Notes: a model not told the origin generated them from the letters alone. Counted from the first letter of the stretch, positions 8,735 through 19,150 are shown. The stretch is DNA of 64,000 nt from Acidimicrobiales bacterium (GCA_038255145.1 JBBSLP010000017.1:17153-81152); one strand, 5' to 3'. Numbers and translations: made by a program.

Positions 8735-11446
8735 TCAGTGGGTGGTGCTGCTCCAGGGATCGTCGAGGTCGACGTCGATGCCGTAGGTGGCGATGGCCTT
8801 GGCCACCTCCTCCTGGGAGATGCGGCCGTTGTTGGCCAGCTGGTGGAGCACGCCGACCACCAGGTGGGCCACGTCGATCTCGAAGTGGCGGCGCAGGGCG
8901 GCCCGGGTGTCGGAGCGGCCGAAGCCGTCGGTGCCCAGGGACAGGTACCAGTTGGACGGCACCCAGCGGGCGATCTGGTCGGGCACGGCCCGCATGAAGT
9001 CGGTGACGGCCACGATGGGCCCGTCGACCTGGCCCAGGCGCTCGGTCACGAGCGGGGTGCGGGGAGCCTCCTCGGGGTGGAGGCGGTTCCAGCGCTCGAC
9101 CGACATGGCGTCCTCGCGCAGCTTCTTGTACGAGGTCGCCGACCACAGCTCGGCGCCGACGCCCCAGTTGGTGGCCAGCTCCTCGGCCGCCTGTTCGGCC
9201 AGGTGCCAGGCCGAGCCCGAGAACACCAGGGCCGCCTTGTGGGGGTGCTCACCCTCGGGGGCGGCCCGGAACCGGTACAGGCCGGCCAGCAGCCCGTCGC
9301 GGTCGAGGTCGGGAGCGGCGGGGGGCATGACGTAGTTCTCGTTGTACGTGGTCAGGTAGTAGAAGACGTCCTCGTTGTCCACGTACATGCGCCGGATGCC
9401 GTCCTGGATGATCAGGGCCAGCTCGTAGGCGAAGGCGGGGTCGTAGGCCTGGCACGGGGGCACGGTCGAGGCCAGCAGGGGCGAGTGGCCGTCCTGGTGC
9501 TGGAGGCCCTCGCCCAACAACGTCGTGCGACCGGCGGTGGCGCCCATGAGGAATCCCCGGCCCCGGGCGTCGCCCAGGGCCCAGATGAGGTCACCCACCC
9601 GCTGGAAGCCGAACATGGAGTAGAAGATGAAGAAGGGCACCATGGGCACGCCCCGGGTGGCGTAGCTGGTGGCGGCGGCGGTGAAGCTGGACAGCGATCC
9701 CGCCTCGGTGATGCCCTCTTCCAGCAGCTGGCCGTCCTTGGCCTCGCGGTAGGAGAGCTGCAGGTTGTAGTCCACGGGCTCGTAGCGCTGGCCCTGGCTG
9801 GCGTAGATGCCCACCTCGCGGAACAGCGAGTCCATGCCGAAGGTGCGGGCCTCGTCGGGGATGATGGGCACCACCCGACGGCCGAAGCCCTCCTCGCGCA
9901 GTAGGGAGCGCAGCAGGCGGGTGAAGGCCATGGTGGTGGACACCGACTGGGCCCCCGAACCGGCCTGGAGCTCGTCGAAGGGGTGGGTCGACACCTCGGG
10001 CAGGGGGCGGCGCACCCGGGTCGAGCGTGAGGGCAGGGAACCGTCGAGGGCCCGACGCCGCTCGGTCAGGTACTGGTGCTCGGGGGAGCCGTCGGCCGGC
10101 CGGTAGTACGGCGGGTCGTTGGCGTCGAAGTCCTCGGGGATCTCGTCCTGCAGGTACAGCCGCTCGCGGATGAGCCCGAGCTGGGCCTTGGTCAGCTTCT
10201 TGATCTGGTGGGTGGCGTTGCGGCCCTCGAGGTCGGGGCCCAGCGTCCACCCCTTGACCGTCTTGGCCAGGATGACGGTGGGCCGGCCCTTGTGGCTGAC
10301 CGCGGCCTTGTACGCGGCGTACAGCTTGCGGTAGTCGTGCCCGCCCCGGGGCAGGGCCCGCAGCTCCTCGTCGGTCATGTCGGCCACCAACGCCCGCAGG
10401 CGGGGGTCGGGACCGAAGAAGTGCTCGCGGATGTAGGCGCCGGATTCGATGGTGTAGCGCTGGTACTCGCCGTCGAGGGTGGTGTTCATCTTGTCGACGA
10501 GGACGCCGCTGGTGTCCTTGGCCAGCAGCTCGTCCCACTTCGAGCCCCAGATGACCTTGATGACGTTCCAGCCCGCACCGCGGAAGACGCCTTCGAGCTC
10601 CTGGATGATCTTGCTGTTGCCCCGCACCGGTCCGTCGAGGCGCTGCAGGTTGCAGTTGACGATGAAGACGAGGTTGTCGAGGCGTTCCCGGCCGGCCAGG
10701 TGCAGGGCACCGAGCGACTCGGGCTCGTCGCACTCGCCGTCGCCCAGGAAGCACCACACCCGTGACGCCGAGGTGTCGTCGATGCGGCGGTCGTGCAGGT
10801 AGCGGTTGAAGCGGGCCTGGTAGATGGCGTTGATCGGGCCCAGGCCCATGGACACGGTGGGGTACTCCCAGAACTCGGGCATGAGCCGGGGGTGGGGGTA
10901 GCTGGACAGGCCCGTGCGGCCGATCTCGCGGCGAAAGTGGTCGAGGTCGTCCTCGTCCAGGCGGCCCTCGAGGTAGGCCCGCCCGTACACACCGGGGGCA
11001 GCGTGGCCCTGGATGTAGATGGCGTCGCCGGGCTCGCCGTCGGCCTTCCCCCGCCAGAACCAGTTGAGGCCCACGTCGTAGAGGGCGGCCGAGGAGGCGA
11101 AGGTCGACAGGTGCCCGCCGATGCCGTCGGCCACCTTGTTGGCGTTGGACACCATGACGGCGGCGTTCCACCGGGTGAAGGCCCGGATGCGCCGCTCGAC
11201 GTGCTCGTCACCGGGGAACCAGGGCTCGTCCTCGGGGGCGATGGTGTTGACGTAGTCCGTCTCCACCTGCTGGGGGAGGCCGACCTCGCGTGCAGCTCCG
11301 TGCCTGAGGAGGCGCTCGAGCAGGAAGCGGGCCCGGCGGGGTCCATGGGCGTCGATCACGGCATCGAGGGACTCGACCCACTCCAGGGTCTCGTCGGGAT
11401 CGGAGTCCGGGATCAGGTGGTGCGGCTCGTCGAACGTGCGGCTCAC
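8735..11446 (-). CDS. aceE: Pyruvate dehydrogenase E1 component, homodimeric type
   Basis: GGHLSTFAS, SSYPHP, PTVSMGLG, ThDP motif GDGE...NCNLQRLDG, GEGLQHQDG, GTDGFGRSD. Confidence 0.96.
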   Translation of the reverse strand: MSRTFDEPHHLIPDSDPDETLEWVESLDAVIDAHGPRRARFLLERLLRHGAAREVGLPQQVETDYVNTIAPEDEPWFPGDEHVERRIRAFTRWNAAVMVSNANKVADGIGGHLSTFASSAALYDVGLNWFWRGKADGEPGDAIYIQGHAAPGVYGRAYLEGRLDEDDLDHFRREIGRTGLSSYPHPRLMPEFWEYPTVSMGLGPINAIYQARFNRYLHDRRIDDTSASRVWCFLGDGECDEPESLGALHLAGRERLDNLVFIVNCNLQRLDGPVRGNSKIIQELEGVFRGAGWNVIKVIWGSKWDELLAKDTSGVLVDKMNTTLDGEYQRYTIESGAYIREHFFGPDPRLRALVADMTDEELRALPRGGHDYRKLYAAYKAAVSHKGRPTVILAKTVKGWTLGPDLEGRNATHQIKKLTKAQLGLIRERLYLQDEIPEDFDANDPPYYRPADGSPEHQYLTERRRALDGSLPSRSTRVRRPLPEVSTHPFDELQAGSGAQSVSTTMAFTRLLRSLLREEGFGRRVVPIIPDEARTFGMDSLFREVGIYASQGQRYEPVDYNLQLSYREAKDGQLLEEGITEAGSLSSFTAAATSYATRGVPMVPFFIFYSMFGFQRVGDLIWALGDARGRGFLMGATAGRTTLLGEGLQHQDGHSPLLASTVPPCQAYDPAFAYELALIIQDGIRRMYVDNEDVFYYLTTYNENYVMPPAAPDLDRDGLLAGLYRFRAAPEGEHPHKAALVFSGSAWHLAEQAAEELATNWGVGAELWSATSYKKLREDAMSVERWNRLHPEEAPRTPLVTERLGQVDGPIVAVTDFMRAVPDQIARWVPSNWYLSLGTDGFGRSDTRAALRRHFEIDVAHLVVGVLHQLANNGRISQEEVAKAIATYGIDVDLDDPWSSTTH

Positions 11447-11692
11447 GCTGGCTCCTTCGCAGGGCTGGACTGCTTCGATGCTACGGCCCCGCTGGGCCTC
11501 TGACCGGCTCGGGCAGGGGTTGGACGGCCTCCTGTCCAGGATGCTCCTGCGCCCGAACGGTGCTGCTCACGGGATTGAACAGCGCGCGACCGGCTCGAAC
11601 GCCGACATGGACGATCAACCCATGGCACCCGGGATGCGAACCGGCGTTCCCTGCTTAGCCTGAGCGCTTCGGCGGAGCAGAAGAGAGAACGA

Positions 11693-14236
11693 GTGCGGAG
11701 ATCACGAGCTTTGCTGGCCCTGACGGCCACGGCCGCGGGCCTGCTCATAGGCGTCACCCAGGCGAAGGCAGACGTCGACACGACGTTCCGCACGAACGGG
11801 CGTCTGGTCATGGAAGGCATCGACCGTGTCTACCCCGCGGTGCGACCGAACGGGACGGTACTGGCGGTCGGCATCGGTTACGCCCCCGACGCTCCCCCCG
11901 GTGACCACGGCAACAAGCGCACGGTGCTGCGGGTCGAGAGCATGGGGGCCGACGGCGGGGCCACCCCGGGCTTCGGCACGGCGGGCACGACGTTGCTCGA
12001 CGTACGCACGTTGGCGGACTTCGACGAACTGGTCGAGCCGGCCGGCGTCGTCGTCGAGCCCAGCGGTCGCCTGGTCGTGCAGTCGCCGTCGTCGGTGGGC
12101 AACCACCTCATCGGGGTGAGCGCGTCGGGGACCCTGGACACCACGTTCGGCGCCGGCGGGATGAGGGCGAACAGCTTCCAGGCCTGTGGCACCCCCCACG
12201 ATCTGGCCTACAACCCCGTCACCGCCCAGCTGGTCAGCGTCGCCCCCGAGACGAACAACAAGCGGTTCGCCGAGGGCGGCGACATCGACAACATCTGCTT
12301 CGGCACCACCGTGCGGGCGTACACCGCCGACGGGACCCGCGTCGCCCCCTACGGCAACGCCGGTGCCGATGGCACCACGCTCATCAAGGACCTCTTCGCC
12401 GGGTCCATCGCCGTGGACAGCACCGGCCGCACCCTCGTGGCCGGCTCCGGCAGCAACGGCTTCGGCGTGGGGCGCCTGAACATCGACGGCACCCCCGACG
12501 CCTCGTTCGGTACCAACGGCGTGGCCAGCTTCGCCCCTTCGGCTGTGGCCTACGAGGGCTACAACAGCTCGGACTACGCCGGCTTCCCCCGCTTCATGGG
12601 CAACAACTACGCCGCCGATGTGGCCACCGACAGCGCCGGGCGGGTCATCGTCGTCGGCGGTAGCCGGCGGACCGCGGGCGGCAGCGTCGACGTGTGGGTG
12701 GCCCGGTTGACGGCCACCGGAGCGCTGGACACCACCTTCGGCACCGCCGGCATGGCCTGGGTCGACCTGGCCGGTGGCGACGACTGGGGCCTGGGTGTGG
12801 CCCTCGACAGCCAGGGCCGCATCGTGGTCAGCGGCTCGTCGCGGGCCACGTCGACGGCACCGGGCGTGGTCAACGCCAGCCCCCGCCGCCAGTTCACCGT
12901 CCGCCTCAGCAGCGCCGGGGTGCAGGACGCCGCTGCGGGCACCAACGTGAGCCAGTACGGCACCAGCGCCGACACCGTGGCCCACGACATGGTGCTGGCC
13001 GGGGATACCCGGGCCTACGTGGGTGGCCTCTTCAACGACCCCTACTCGATCGGCTACATGGGAGCGGTCAACCTGACCGCGTCGACCACCGCGTCGACCA
13101 CCACCTCGACCACCACCCCGACCACCACCTCGACCACGCCCACCACCCAGCCCCCCACGGGCAACGGTGGCGGCGGTGGCGAGTTCACCCCCATCTCGCC
13201 GTCCCGGGTGCTCGACACCCGCCTGGCGAACCTGGGGGCACCGGCCATCGACGCCGGGGCCGACCGCACGGTCTCCCTGGCTTCCGTGGTGCCGGCCGAG
13301 GCCGTGGCCGTGGCCGTCAACATGACCGTCACCGATCCCACGGCTGACGCCTTCGCCTCGGTGTACCCCGCGGGCTCGGCCTGGCCCGGCACCTCGGTGG
13401 TCAACTACAAGCCCGGCCAGACCATCGCCAACAGCGTGGTGGTGAGCCTGGGTACGGCCCGCAGCCTGGCCGTCCGCGTCGGCGCCGGTTCGGCCAACGT
13501 CGTCCTCGACGTGCAGGGCTGGTACACCGGGGCCGGCTTCCAGGCCATCTCCCCCAGCCGCCAGTTCGACACCCGCACCGGCGGTAGCGGTCCCCTGGCC
13601 ACCGCTGCGGTGGACGTGTCCCTGCAAGGTGTGCCCGCCGGCGCCACCGCGGTGGCGGTCAACCTGACCGTGACCGGGGCCAGCGCTCCCAGCTACCTGT
13701 CGGCATGGCCGGCCGGGGCGGCCGAGCCCCCCACCTCCCTGCTCAACTACGGCCCCGGAACCACCATCGCCAACGGCGTCATCGTGCCGCTGGGCGCCGG
13801 GGGCAAGGTCACTCTGCGCAACGCCGCGGGGTCGGCCGAGGCCGTGGTCGACGTCATGGGCTGGGTCATCGGTGGGCAGTACCACGCCGTGCAGCCCCAG
13901 CGGGTCACCGACACCCGCTACGGGCTCGGGGGCGGGATCCTGGGCCAGGGTGAGGTGCGCACGCTCAACGTCACCCCCACCGGGGTGGACCCGGCGACCG
14001 TGGGGGCCGTGGCCGTCAACGTGACGGTGACCGAGCCCTCCTCGGGCACGTTCCTCACCGCGTGGCCGGCCGGGGCGGCCCAGCCGGGCTCGTCCATCAT
14101 CAACGCCACCGCGGGCCAGACCATCGCCAACGGCCTCGTGCTCGGCGTGGAGGGCGGGCAGCTGAAGGTGTACAACAACCTCGGCAACGTCCACGTCGTC
14201 ATCGACGTCCTCGGTTGGTACCCCGCCGCGGCCTGA
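11693..14236 (+). CDS. Secreted surface protein: delta-60-type beta-propeller repeats, Thr-rich linker and three C-terminal 'RxxDTR' repeats
   Basis: Signal peptide (..AKA-D); repeated GxLDTTFGxxG; TTTP linker; three ~95-aa units PSRVLDTR / PSRQFDTR / PQRVTDTR ending DVxGW. Confidence 0.78.
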   Translation: MRRSRALLALTATAAGLLIGVTQAKADVDTTFRTNGRLVMEGIDRVYPAVRPNGTVLAVGIGYAPDAPPGDHGNKRTVLRVESMGADGGATPGFGTAGTTLLDVRTLADFDELVEPAGVVVEPSGRLVVQSPSSVGNHLIGVSASGTLDTTFGAGGMRANSFQACGTPHDLAYNPVTAQLVSVAPETNNKRFAEGGDIDNICFGTTVRAYTADGTRVAPYGNAGADGTTLIKDLFAGSIAVDSTGRTLVAGSGSNGFGVGRLNIDGTPDASFGTNGVASFAPSAVAYEGYNSSDYAGFPRFMGNNYAADVATDSAGRVIVVGGSRRTAGGSVDVWVARLTATGALDTTFGTAGMAWVDLAGGDDWGLGVALDSQGRIVVSGSSRATSTAPGVVNASPRRQFTVRLSSAGVQDAAAGTNVSQYGTSADTVAHDMVLAGDTRAYVGGLFNDPYSIGYMGAVNLTASTTASTTTSTTTPTTTSTTPTTQPPTGNGGGGGEFTPISPSRVLDTRLANLGAPAIDAGADRTVSLASVVPAEAVAVAVNMTVTDPTADAFASVYPAGSAWPGTSVVNYKPGQTIANSVVVSLGTARSLAVRVGAGSANVVLDVQGWYTGAGFQAISPSRQFDTRTGGSGPLATAAVDVSLQGVPAGATAVAVNLTVTGASAPSYLSAWPAGAAEPPTSLLNYGPGTTIANGVIVPLGAGGKVTLRNAAGSAEAVVDVMGWVIGGQYHAVQPQRVTDTRYGLGGGILGQGEVRTLNVTPTGVDPATVGAVAVNVTVTEPSSGTFLTAWPAGAAQPGSSIINATAGQTIANGLVLGVEGGQLKVYNNLGNVHVVIDVLGWYPAAA

Positions 14237-14237
14237 G

Positions 14238-14277
14238 CCGGGTGGTCACCGCCTGATCCGGGTCGTCACCGCCTGAT
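14238..14277. repeat. 20-bp tandem direct repeat (2 copies)
   Basis: ccgggtggtcaccgcctgat / ccgggtcgtcaccgcctgat, one mismatch. Confidence 0.8.
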
Positions 14278-14296
14278 ACCGGCGGTCCCAGAGGTC

Positions 14297-14330
14297 CACG
14301 GGGCCGGCTCCTACGGGGGCCGGCCCCGTG
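14297..14330 (+). terminator. Stable hairpin with cUACGg tetraloop, probable terminator
   Basis: cacggggccggctcc-tacg-ggggccggccccgtg, a 15-bp stem with one G-U pair, downstream of the surface-protein gene. Confidence 0.6.
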
Positions 14331-14634
14331 TCGCGCCCTCCGAGTGGTCCCGACAGCGCGGTCACCGAGCGGTGTCGGGCCGTCGGCGCGAGCCACGCAG
14401 GGTGACTTCACCCAGGCCTGAACAGGCAGAACCGCAGGTTCGGAGGCCGTACGCGGGGGAACCCGGGTCATCCGGCACTAGGTTTTCTGCCGGAGCTTGC
14501 AGTCGGCGGACGGTACGGCGTACCGCGGCGGAGAGCGACAGGAACGTCTCGCAGGGCGAAGAGAAGGCGGTCTTGTGAAGGAATCGACGGCGTCACTCGG
14601 GACGGCCCGGCGGCCTGATCCTGGCGAAAGTGCC

Positions 14635-15618
14635 ATGGATGCCCGGAGTGACAACACGGCGAAGCGGGCCACCCGTTTCGCCCAGAACTTCGAGTCGTTG
14701 TTGGACAACGTGAGCAAGGTGGTCCGAGGGAAGAAGAACGTGGTGCGCATGGCGCTCACGTCGCTCTTCGCCGAAGGCCACCTGCTCATCGAGGATGTGC
14801 CCGGCACGGGCAAGACCACACTGGCCAAGGCGATGGCGCAGTCCATCGACGGCACGTGGCAGCGCATCCAGTTCACCCCGGACCTCCTGCCCACCGACGT
14901 GACCGGTGTGCAGATCTTCAACCGGCAGACCAACCAGTTCGACTTCCACCCCGGCGGCGTGTTCGCCAACGTGGTCATCGCCGATGAGATCAACCGCGCC
15001 TCCCCCAAGACGCAGTCCGCCCTCCTCGAGGTCATGGAGGAGCACCAGGTCACGGTGGACTCGACCCCCTTCCTGGTGCCCCGGCCCTTCATCGTGATCG
15101 CCACCCAGAACCCGGTGGAGCACGACGGCACCTACGACCTGCCCGAGGCCCAGATCGACCGCTTCATGATGAAGCTGTCGGTGGGCTACCCGGCCATCGA
15201 GGACGAGGTCGACATCATCGCCAACGACGCCGGGGGCACCCGGGTCGAGGACCTGGCGTCGGTGGTCAGCGCCCCCGAGGTGCGGCGGATGATCGCCCTG
15301 ACCGACCGCATCTACGTGGCCCCCAAGCTGCAGCACTACATCGTGCAGGTGACCTCGGCCACCCGGACCCTGAGCGAGCTGCGCCTCGGCGTCAGCCCCC
15401 GAGGCAGCGTGGCCCTGGCCCGGGCCTCACGAGCCTACGCCGCCGCCAACGGGCGCTCGTTCGTCACCGCGGACGACGTCAAGGAGCTGGCTCCCCTGGT
15501 GCTGGCCCACCGCATGATCCTCACCCCCGAGGGTGAGATGGCGGGGAACCGGGCGGTCGACCTGTTGGATCACATCCTCGACGCCATCCCGGTCCCCCAG
15601 GAGCGCGTGGAGCTCTAG
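14635..15618 (+). CDS. moxR: MoxR family AAA+ ATPase
   Basis: EDVPGTGKT, RIQFTPDLLPTD, ADEINRASPKTQSALLE, ATQNP, LPEAQIDRF, SPRGS. Confidence 0.95.
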   Translation: MDARSDNTAKRATRFAQNFESLLDNVSKVVRGKKNVVRMALTSLFAEGHLLIEDVPGTGKTTLAKAMAQSIDGTWQRIQFTPDLLPTDVTGVQIFNRQTNQFDFHPGGVFANVVIADEINRASPKTQSALLEVMEEHQVTVDSTPFLVPRPFIVIATQNPVEHDGTYDLPEAQIDRFMMKLSVGYPAIEDEVDIIANDAGGTRVEDLASVVSAPEVRRMIALTDRIYVAPKLQHYIVQVTSATRTLSELRLGVSPRGSVALARASRAYAAANGRSFVTADDVKELAPLVLAHRMILTPEGEMAGNRAVDLLDHILDAIPVPQERVEL

Positions 15619-15621
15619 GGC

Positions 15622-16764
15622 GTGGTCACCACCAACGGTCGCACGTTCCTCGGCCTGGCCGCGGCCCTCATCGTCATCGGGCTCATCTCGGGCTACGCCG
15701 AGCTGGTCATCATCGGCGTGGCCCTGGCCCTGGTGGGCATCCTGGCCTTCGCCTGGCTGCTCTTCCGGCCCCAGCTGTCGGCCGAGCGCGAGATCCGCCC
15801 CAACCGGGTGGTCGAGGGCAACCCGGCCCAGGCCGTGCTCACCGTGACCAACACGTCGCGGCGGCGCAGCCCGCAGATGGTGGTACTGGAGAACTTCGGG
15901 CGCTCGGTGGTGCCCGTGACCGTGCCCAGCATGGCCCGGGGCGCCTCCCACACCCGCCCCTACGCCCTGCCCACCGAGCGGCGGGGGGTGTTCCAGGTCG
16001 GACCCATGACCGTCAGCCGCTCGGACCCCTTCCAGGTGGTGCGGACCGGCCAGCAGCAGCGCTCGACGGAGACGCTGTGGGTCCACCCCTCCACCCACGA
16101 CGTGGCCCCGTTCCCCAACGGCCGCACCCGCGACCTCGAAGGGCCCACCTCGGGCGAGGCCCCCCAGGGCGGCATCGCCTTCCACACCCTGCGCCCCTAC
16201 GTCGTCGGCGACGACCTGCGCCTCATCCACTGGAAGTCCTCGGCCCGCACCGGGGACCTGATGGTGCGCCACAACGTGGACACCTTCCAGCCCCGTTCGC
16301 TGATCCTGTTGGACGTCAACGAGTCCGTGCACACCGAAGAGGGCTTCGAGCACGCCATCCGGGTGGTGGCCTCCCTGCTGCTGGCTTCGATCCGCAACAA
16401 CTTCCCCGTGCGCCTGCGCACCTCGGCCGGCCTGGTCATCAGCTCGGAGACGGGGGAGCGCATCGACCGCATGCTCGATCAGCTCGCCGCGCTGGAGCCG
16501 GTGCCCGACGCCGGTCTGATGAAGCTGTCCCAGCAGGTGCGCAGCGAACAGGGCGGCTTCTCCCTGGCCGTGATCACCGGTCAGTCCAACGCCAAGGACC
16601 TGGCCCTCGTGGGACCTCTGCGGGGCCGCTTCCAGAACATCACCATCGCCCGCATGGGCGTCAGCGGGCGCAGCACGGTCTACGAACTGCCGGGCGCCGT
16701 GCTCATCAACGCCAGCACCAGCACGGAGTTCGCCCAAGCCTGGAACCGGCGGCTGCGCCGGTGA
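15622..16764 (+). CDS. DUF58 domain protein (membrane-anchored)
   Basis: N-terminal TM pair, RRGVF, LRPYVVGDDLRLIHWKSSAR; follows moxR. Confidence 0.9.
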   Translation: MVTTNGRTFLGLAAALIVIGLISGYAELVIIGVALALVGILAFAWLLFRPQLSAEREIRPNRVVEGNPAQAVLTVTNTSRRRSPQMVVLENFGRSVVPVTVPSMARGASHTRPYALPTERRGVFQVGPMTVSRSDPFQVVRTGQQQRSTETLWVHPSTHDVAPFPNGRTRDLEGPTSGEAPQGGIAFHTLRPYVVGDDLRLIHWKSSARTGDLMVRHNVDTFQPRSLILLDVNESVHTEEGFEHAIRVVASLLLASIRNNFPVRLRTSAGLVISSETGERIDRMLDQLAALEPVPDAGLMKLSQQVRSEQGGFSLAVITGQSNAKDLALVGPLRGRFQNITIARMGVSGRSTVYELPGAVLINASTSTEFAQAWNRRLRR

Positions 16765-16891
16765 GCCCGTCGGAACGGGGGGACGGACCGGAGGCTGCGC
16801 CGGTGATCGCGCCCCGCAGGTCGCCCGGGCGGGCGAGGATCTGTGTCTTGAGCAACAGCGAGGGCCTCGGCGGGCCGGGCGGAGGTGGCGG

Positions 16892-19150
16892 ATGAGGCGG
16901 TTCCTGGTCGTCGAGCTGGCGCTCGTCGCCGCGCTGTCCCTGGCCGCCGCCCAGGGATTCCACCGGGTCTTCGTGGGCACGGGCTTCCTCGGCCTGATCG
17001 CCGGCGCCGCCCTGCTGCCCGTGGTGGTCACCGTGTTGTGCGGGGCCCGGCGCATGTCGCTGTCGGGCGCCATCCTGGCCAGCGCCGTGGTCTTCGTGCT
17101 GTTCGCCCTTTTCGTGCCCCTGGCCGGGCTGACATCGAACCCCATGCCCACGCTGGTCACCATGCAGGAGCTGGGCAAGGGCCTGGTCAGCGGGTGGGCC
17201 GAGCTGCGCACCGTGAGCCTGCCCACCGAGGCCGACCCCCGACTGCTCGTCACCGCCGCGGCCGTCGTGTGGCTGGGGGCCACGCTGGGTGCCGAGATGG
17301 CGGCTCGCAGTCGCACCCCCGTCGCCCCCGTGATCGGCCCCCTGGCCGCCTACGCCGCTTCGCTGCTGTTCGCCGCCGGCCAGCCCCGCTCCCCGGTGCT
17401 GCTGCCCCTGGTCATCACCGCCGGCTGCCTGCTCGTCATCCTGCTGCATGCCAACCGCTGGGCCACCCTCGAGCCCGGGGGCCGGCGCCTGTCGGCCCCA
17501 CCCGCGGCCGACGGGCGACCCCAGGCGGCCACGGCGGTGAACCCGGTGCGCCGGGTCGTCACCGGGGTGCCTGTCATCGGCGTGGCCCTGTTGGTGGCGG
17601 CCCTGGTCGGCTCCCTGGTCAACTCCCAGCCCGAGCGCGCCGCCTTCGAGCCCCGGCCGCTGCGTTCGGCCAACGTCGACAGCCGTTCGCTCCTCAACCC
17701 GTTGGCCGGGCTCCGCCAAGAGCTGGAAGACCCCCCGGTCGTGGTGTTCAAGGTCGAGACCGACCGGCTGAGCGACGCGCTGAGCGTGCCCCGGGCCCGG
17801 TTGGCCACCTTCGACGTCTTCGACGGCACCACCTGGTCGTCCAACGGCGAGTTCGCCAAGAGCGGCACCGTGCTGGCCGAGGTCCCCGAGGGTTCGACCG
17901 TCACCCGCCGCCAGGTGACCCAGCGCTACACCCTGGGCGCGCTGATGGGGCCGTGGCTCCCGGTGACCGCCTTCCCCGTGGGCATCGAGCTCCAGAACCG
18001 ACCCGTGGACCTGGAGTTCGACCCCTCTTCTGGCACCCTCATCACCGACGATGTCGCCCTCGACGGGCTGCGCTACCAACTGCAGTCCTCGATACCCGAG
18101 TACACCGAGCAGGAGCTGACCGGGGCGGACCTCGCCACGGGGGACGAGGCTCGCTCGGATGAGGAGCTGCCCGGTGTGGTGCCCGAGGCCATCACCAGCC
18201 TGGCCACCGAGCTCACCTCCAGTGCCATCACGCCGTACCAGAAGCTCAAGGCCCTCGAGGAGGGTCTGAGCTCGGGCTTCGGCTACAGCCAGGAGGTGGC
18301 GCCCGGGCACAGCTACGGCCACATCGTCAACTTCCTGACCGAGGCCCGCGTGGGCTACGCCGAGCAGTTCGCCGGCTCCTTCGCGGTGATGGCCCGCAGC
18401 CTGGGCTTCCCCACCCGCCTGGCCGTGGGCTACCTGACCGTGGAGCCCAACGACACCGACGGCCAGCTCGAGGCGCTGCAGGAGGTCACCACCCACCAGG
18501 CCCATGTGTGGCCTGAGGTGTACTTCGACAAGTTGGGGTGGGTGCCCTTCGAGCCCACGCCGGCCGACCGGACCTCGTCCCCTGCGCCGCCGCCCCGGGC
18601 CGAGCAACCCGCGGTGAGCGAGGGTGGGCTGGTCGAGGAGCAGTCCCCGCCGGCCGGCTCCAGCGACGAGGTGTCGCCCGAGTCCCTCGACACGCCCGAT
18701 GCCCTCGACAGCGGCGTCATCATCCTGCTCGGTCTGCTGGCGTTGGCCGCGGGTGCGGTGACCGGCCTGCTGGCGGCCAAGGCGCTGGTGCGCGGTCGCC
18801 GTCGCCGCCGGGCACACACCCCCTCCCAGCAGGTGCTGGGCGCCTGGGCCGAGGTGATCGACCGCCTCCTGGAGGTGGGGGTCGACGTCGACCGTTCCAT
18901 GACGGCGCGCCAGGTGGTGGAGTTGTCCAACGGGCAGATCTCCGACCGGGCCCAGGAGTCCCTCGAAGCCATGGTCCCCATCGTGAGCTACGCCGTGTAC
19001 GCCCCCATCGAGCCCTCCGACGAGTGGGTCTCCCAGATGCGGGTCCTCGCCGACGACTTCAACCACGCCGTGGTAGCCGGTCGACCCCTGCCCCAGCGGG
19101 CCATGGCTGCCCTCAGCCCCCGCCCCCTGCTCTACAGCGCCCGTCGCTGA
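16892..19150 (+). CDS. Membrane transglutaminase-like (TgpA/DUF3488) protein
   Basis: Multi-TM N-terminus; core GYAEQFA..MARSLGFPTRLAVGY..HVWPEVYF..GWVPFEPTP; C-terminal TM. Confidence 0.85.
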   Translation: MRRFLVVELALVAALSLAAAQGFHRVFVGTGFLGLIAGAALLPVVVTVLCGARRMSLSGAILASAVVFVLFALFVPLAGLTSNPMPTLVTMQELGKGLVSGWAELRTVSLPTEADPRLLVTAAAVVWLGATLGAEMAARSRTPVAPVIGPLAAYAASLLFAAGQPRSPVLLPLVITAGCLLVILLHANRWATLEPGGRRLSAPPAADGRPQAATAVNPVRRVVTGVPVIGVALLVAALVGSLVNSQPERAAFEPRPLRSANVDSRSLLNPLAGLRQELEDPPVVVFKVETDRLSDALSVPRARLATFDVFDGTTWSSNGEFAKSGTVLAEVPEGSTVTRRQVTQRYTLGALMGPWLPVTAFPVGIELQNRPVDLEFDPSSGTLITDDVALDGLRYQLQSSIPEYTEQELTGADLATGDEARSDEELPGVVPEAITSLATELTSSAITPYQKLKALEEGLSSGFGYSQEVAPGHSYGHIVNFLTEARVGYAEQFAGSFAVMARSLGFPTRLAVGYLTVEPNDTDGQLEALQEVTTHQAHVWPEVYFDKLGWVPFEPTPADRTSSPAPPPRAEQPAVSEGGLVEEQSPPAGSSDEVSPESLDTPDALDSGVIILLGLLALAAGAVTGLLAAKALVRGRRRRRAHTPSQQVLGAWAEVIDRLLEVGVDVDRSMTARQVVELSNGQISDRAQESLEAMVPIVSYAVYAPIEPSDEWVSQMRVLADDFNHAVVAGRPLPQRAMAALSPRPLLYSARR

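Noticed and set aside
13081-13160. acc-rich repeats here and at about 28330-28420 and 34330-34465
   Set aside because: They encode ordinary Thr/Pro linkers of secreted proteins.
14238-14277. CRISPR array
   Set aside because: Two adjacent copies with no spacers and no cas genes.
14331-14634. c-di-AMP or c-di-GMP riboswitch upstream of moxR
   Set aside because: Only a ggggaaccc fragment is present; the remaining conserved elements could not be placed.
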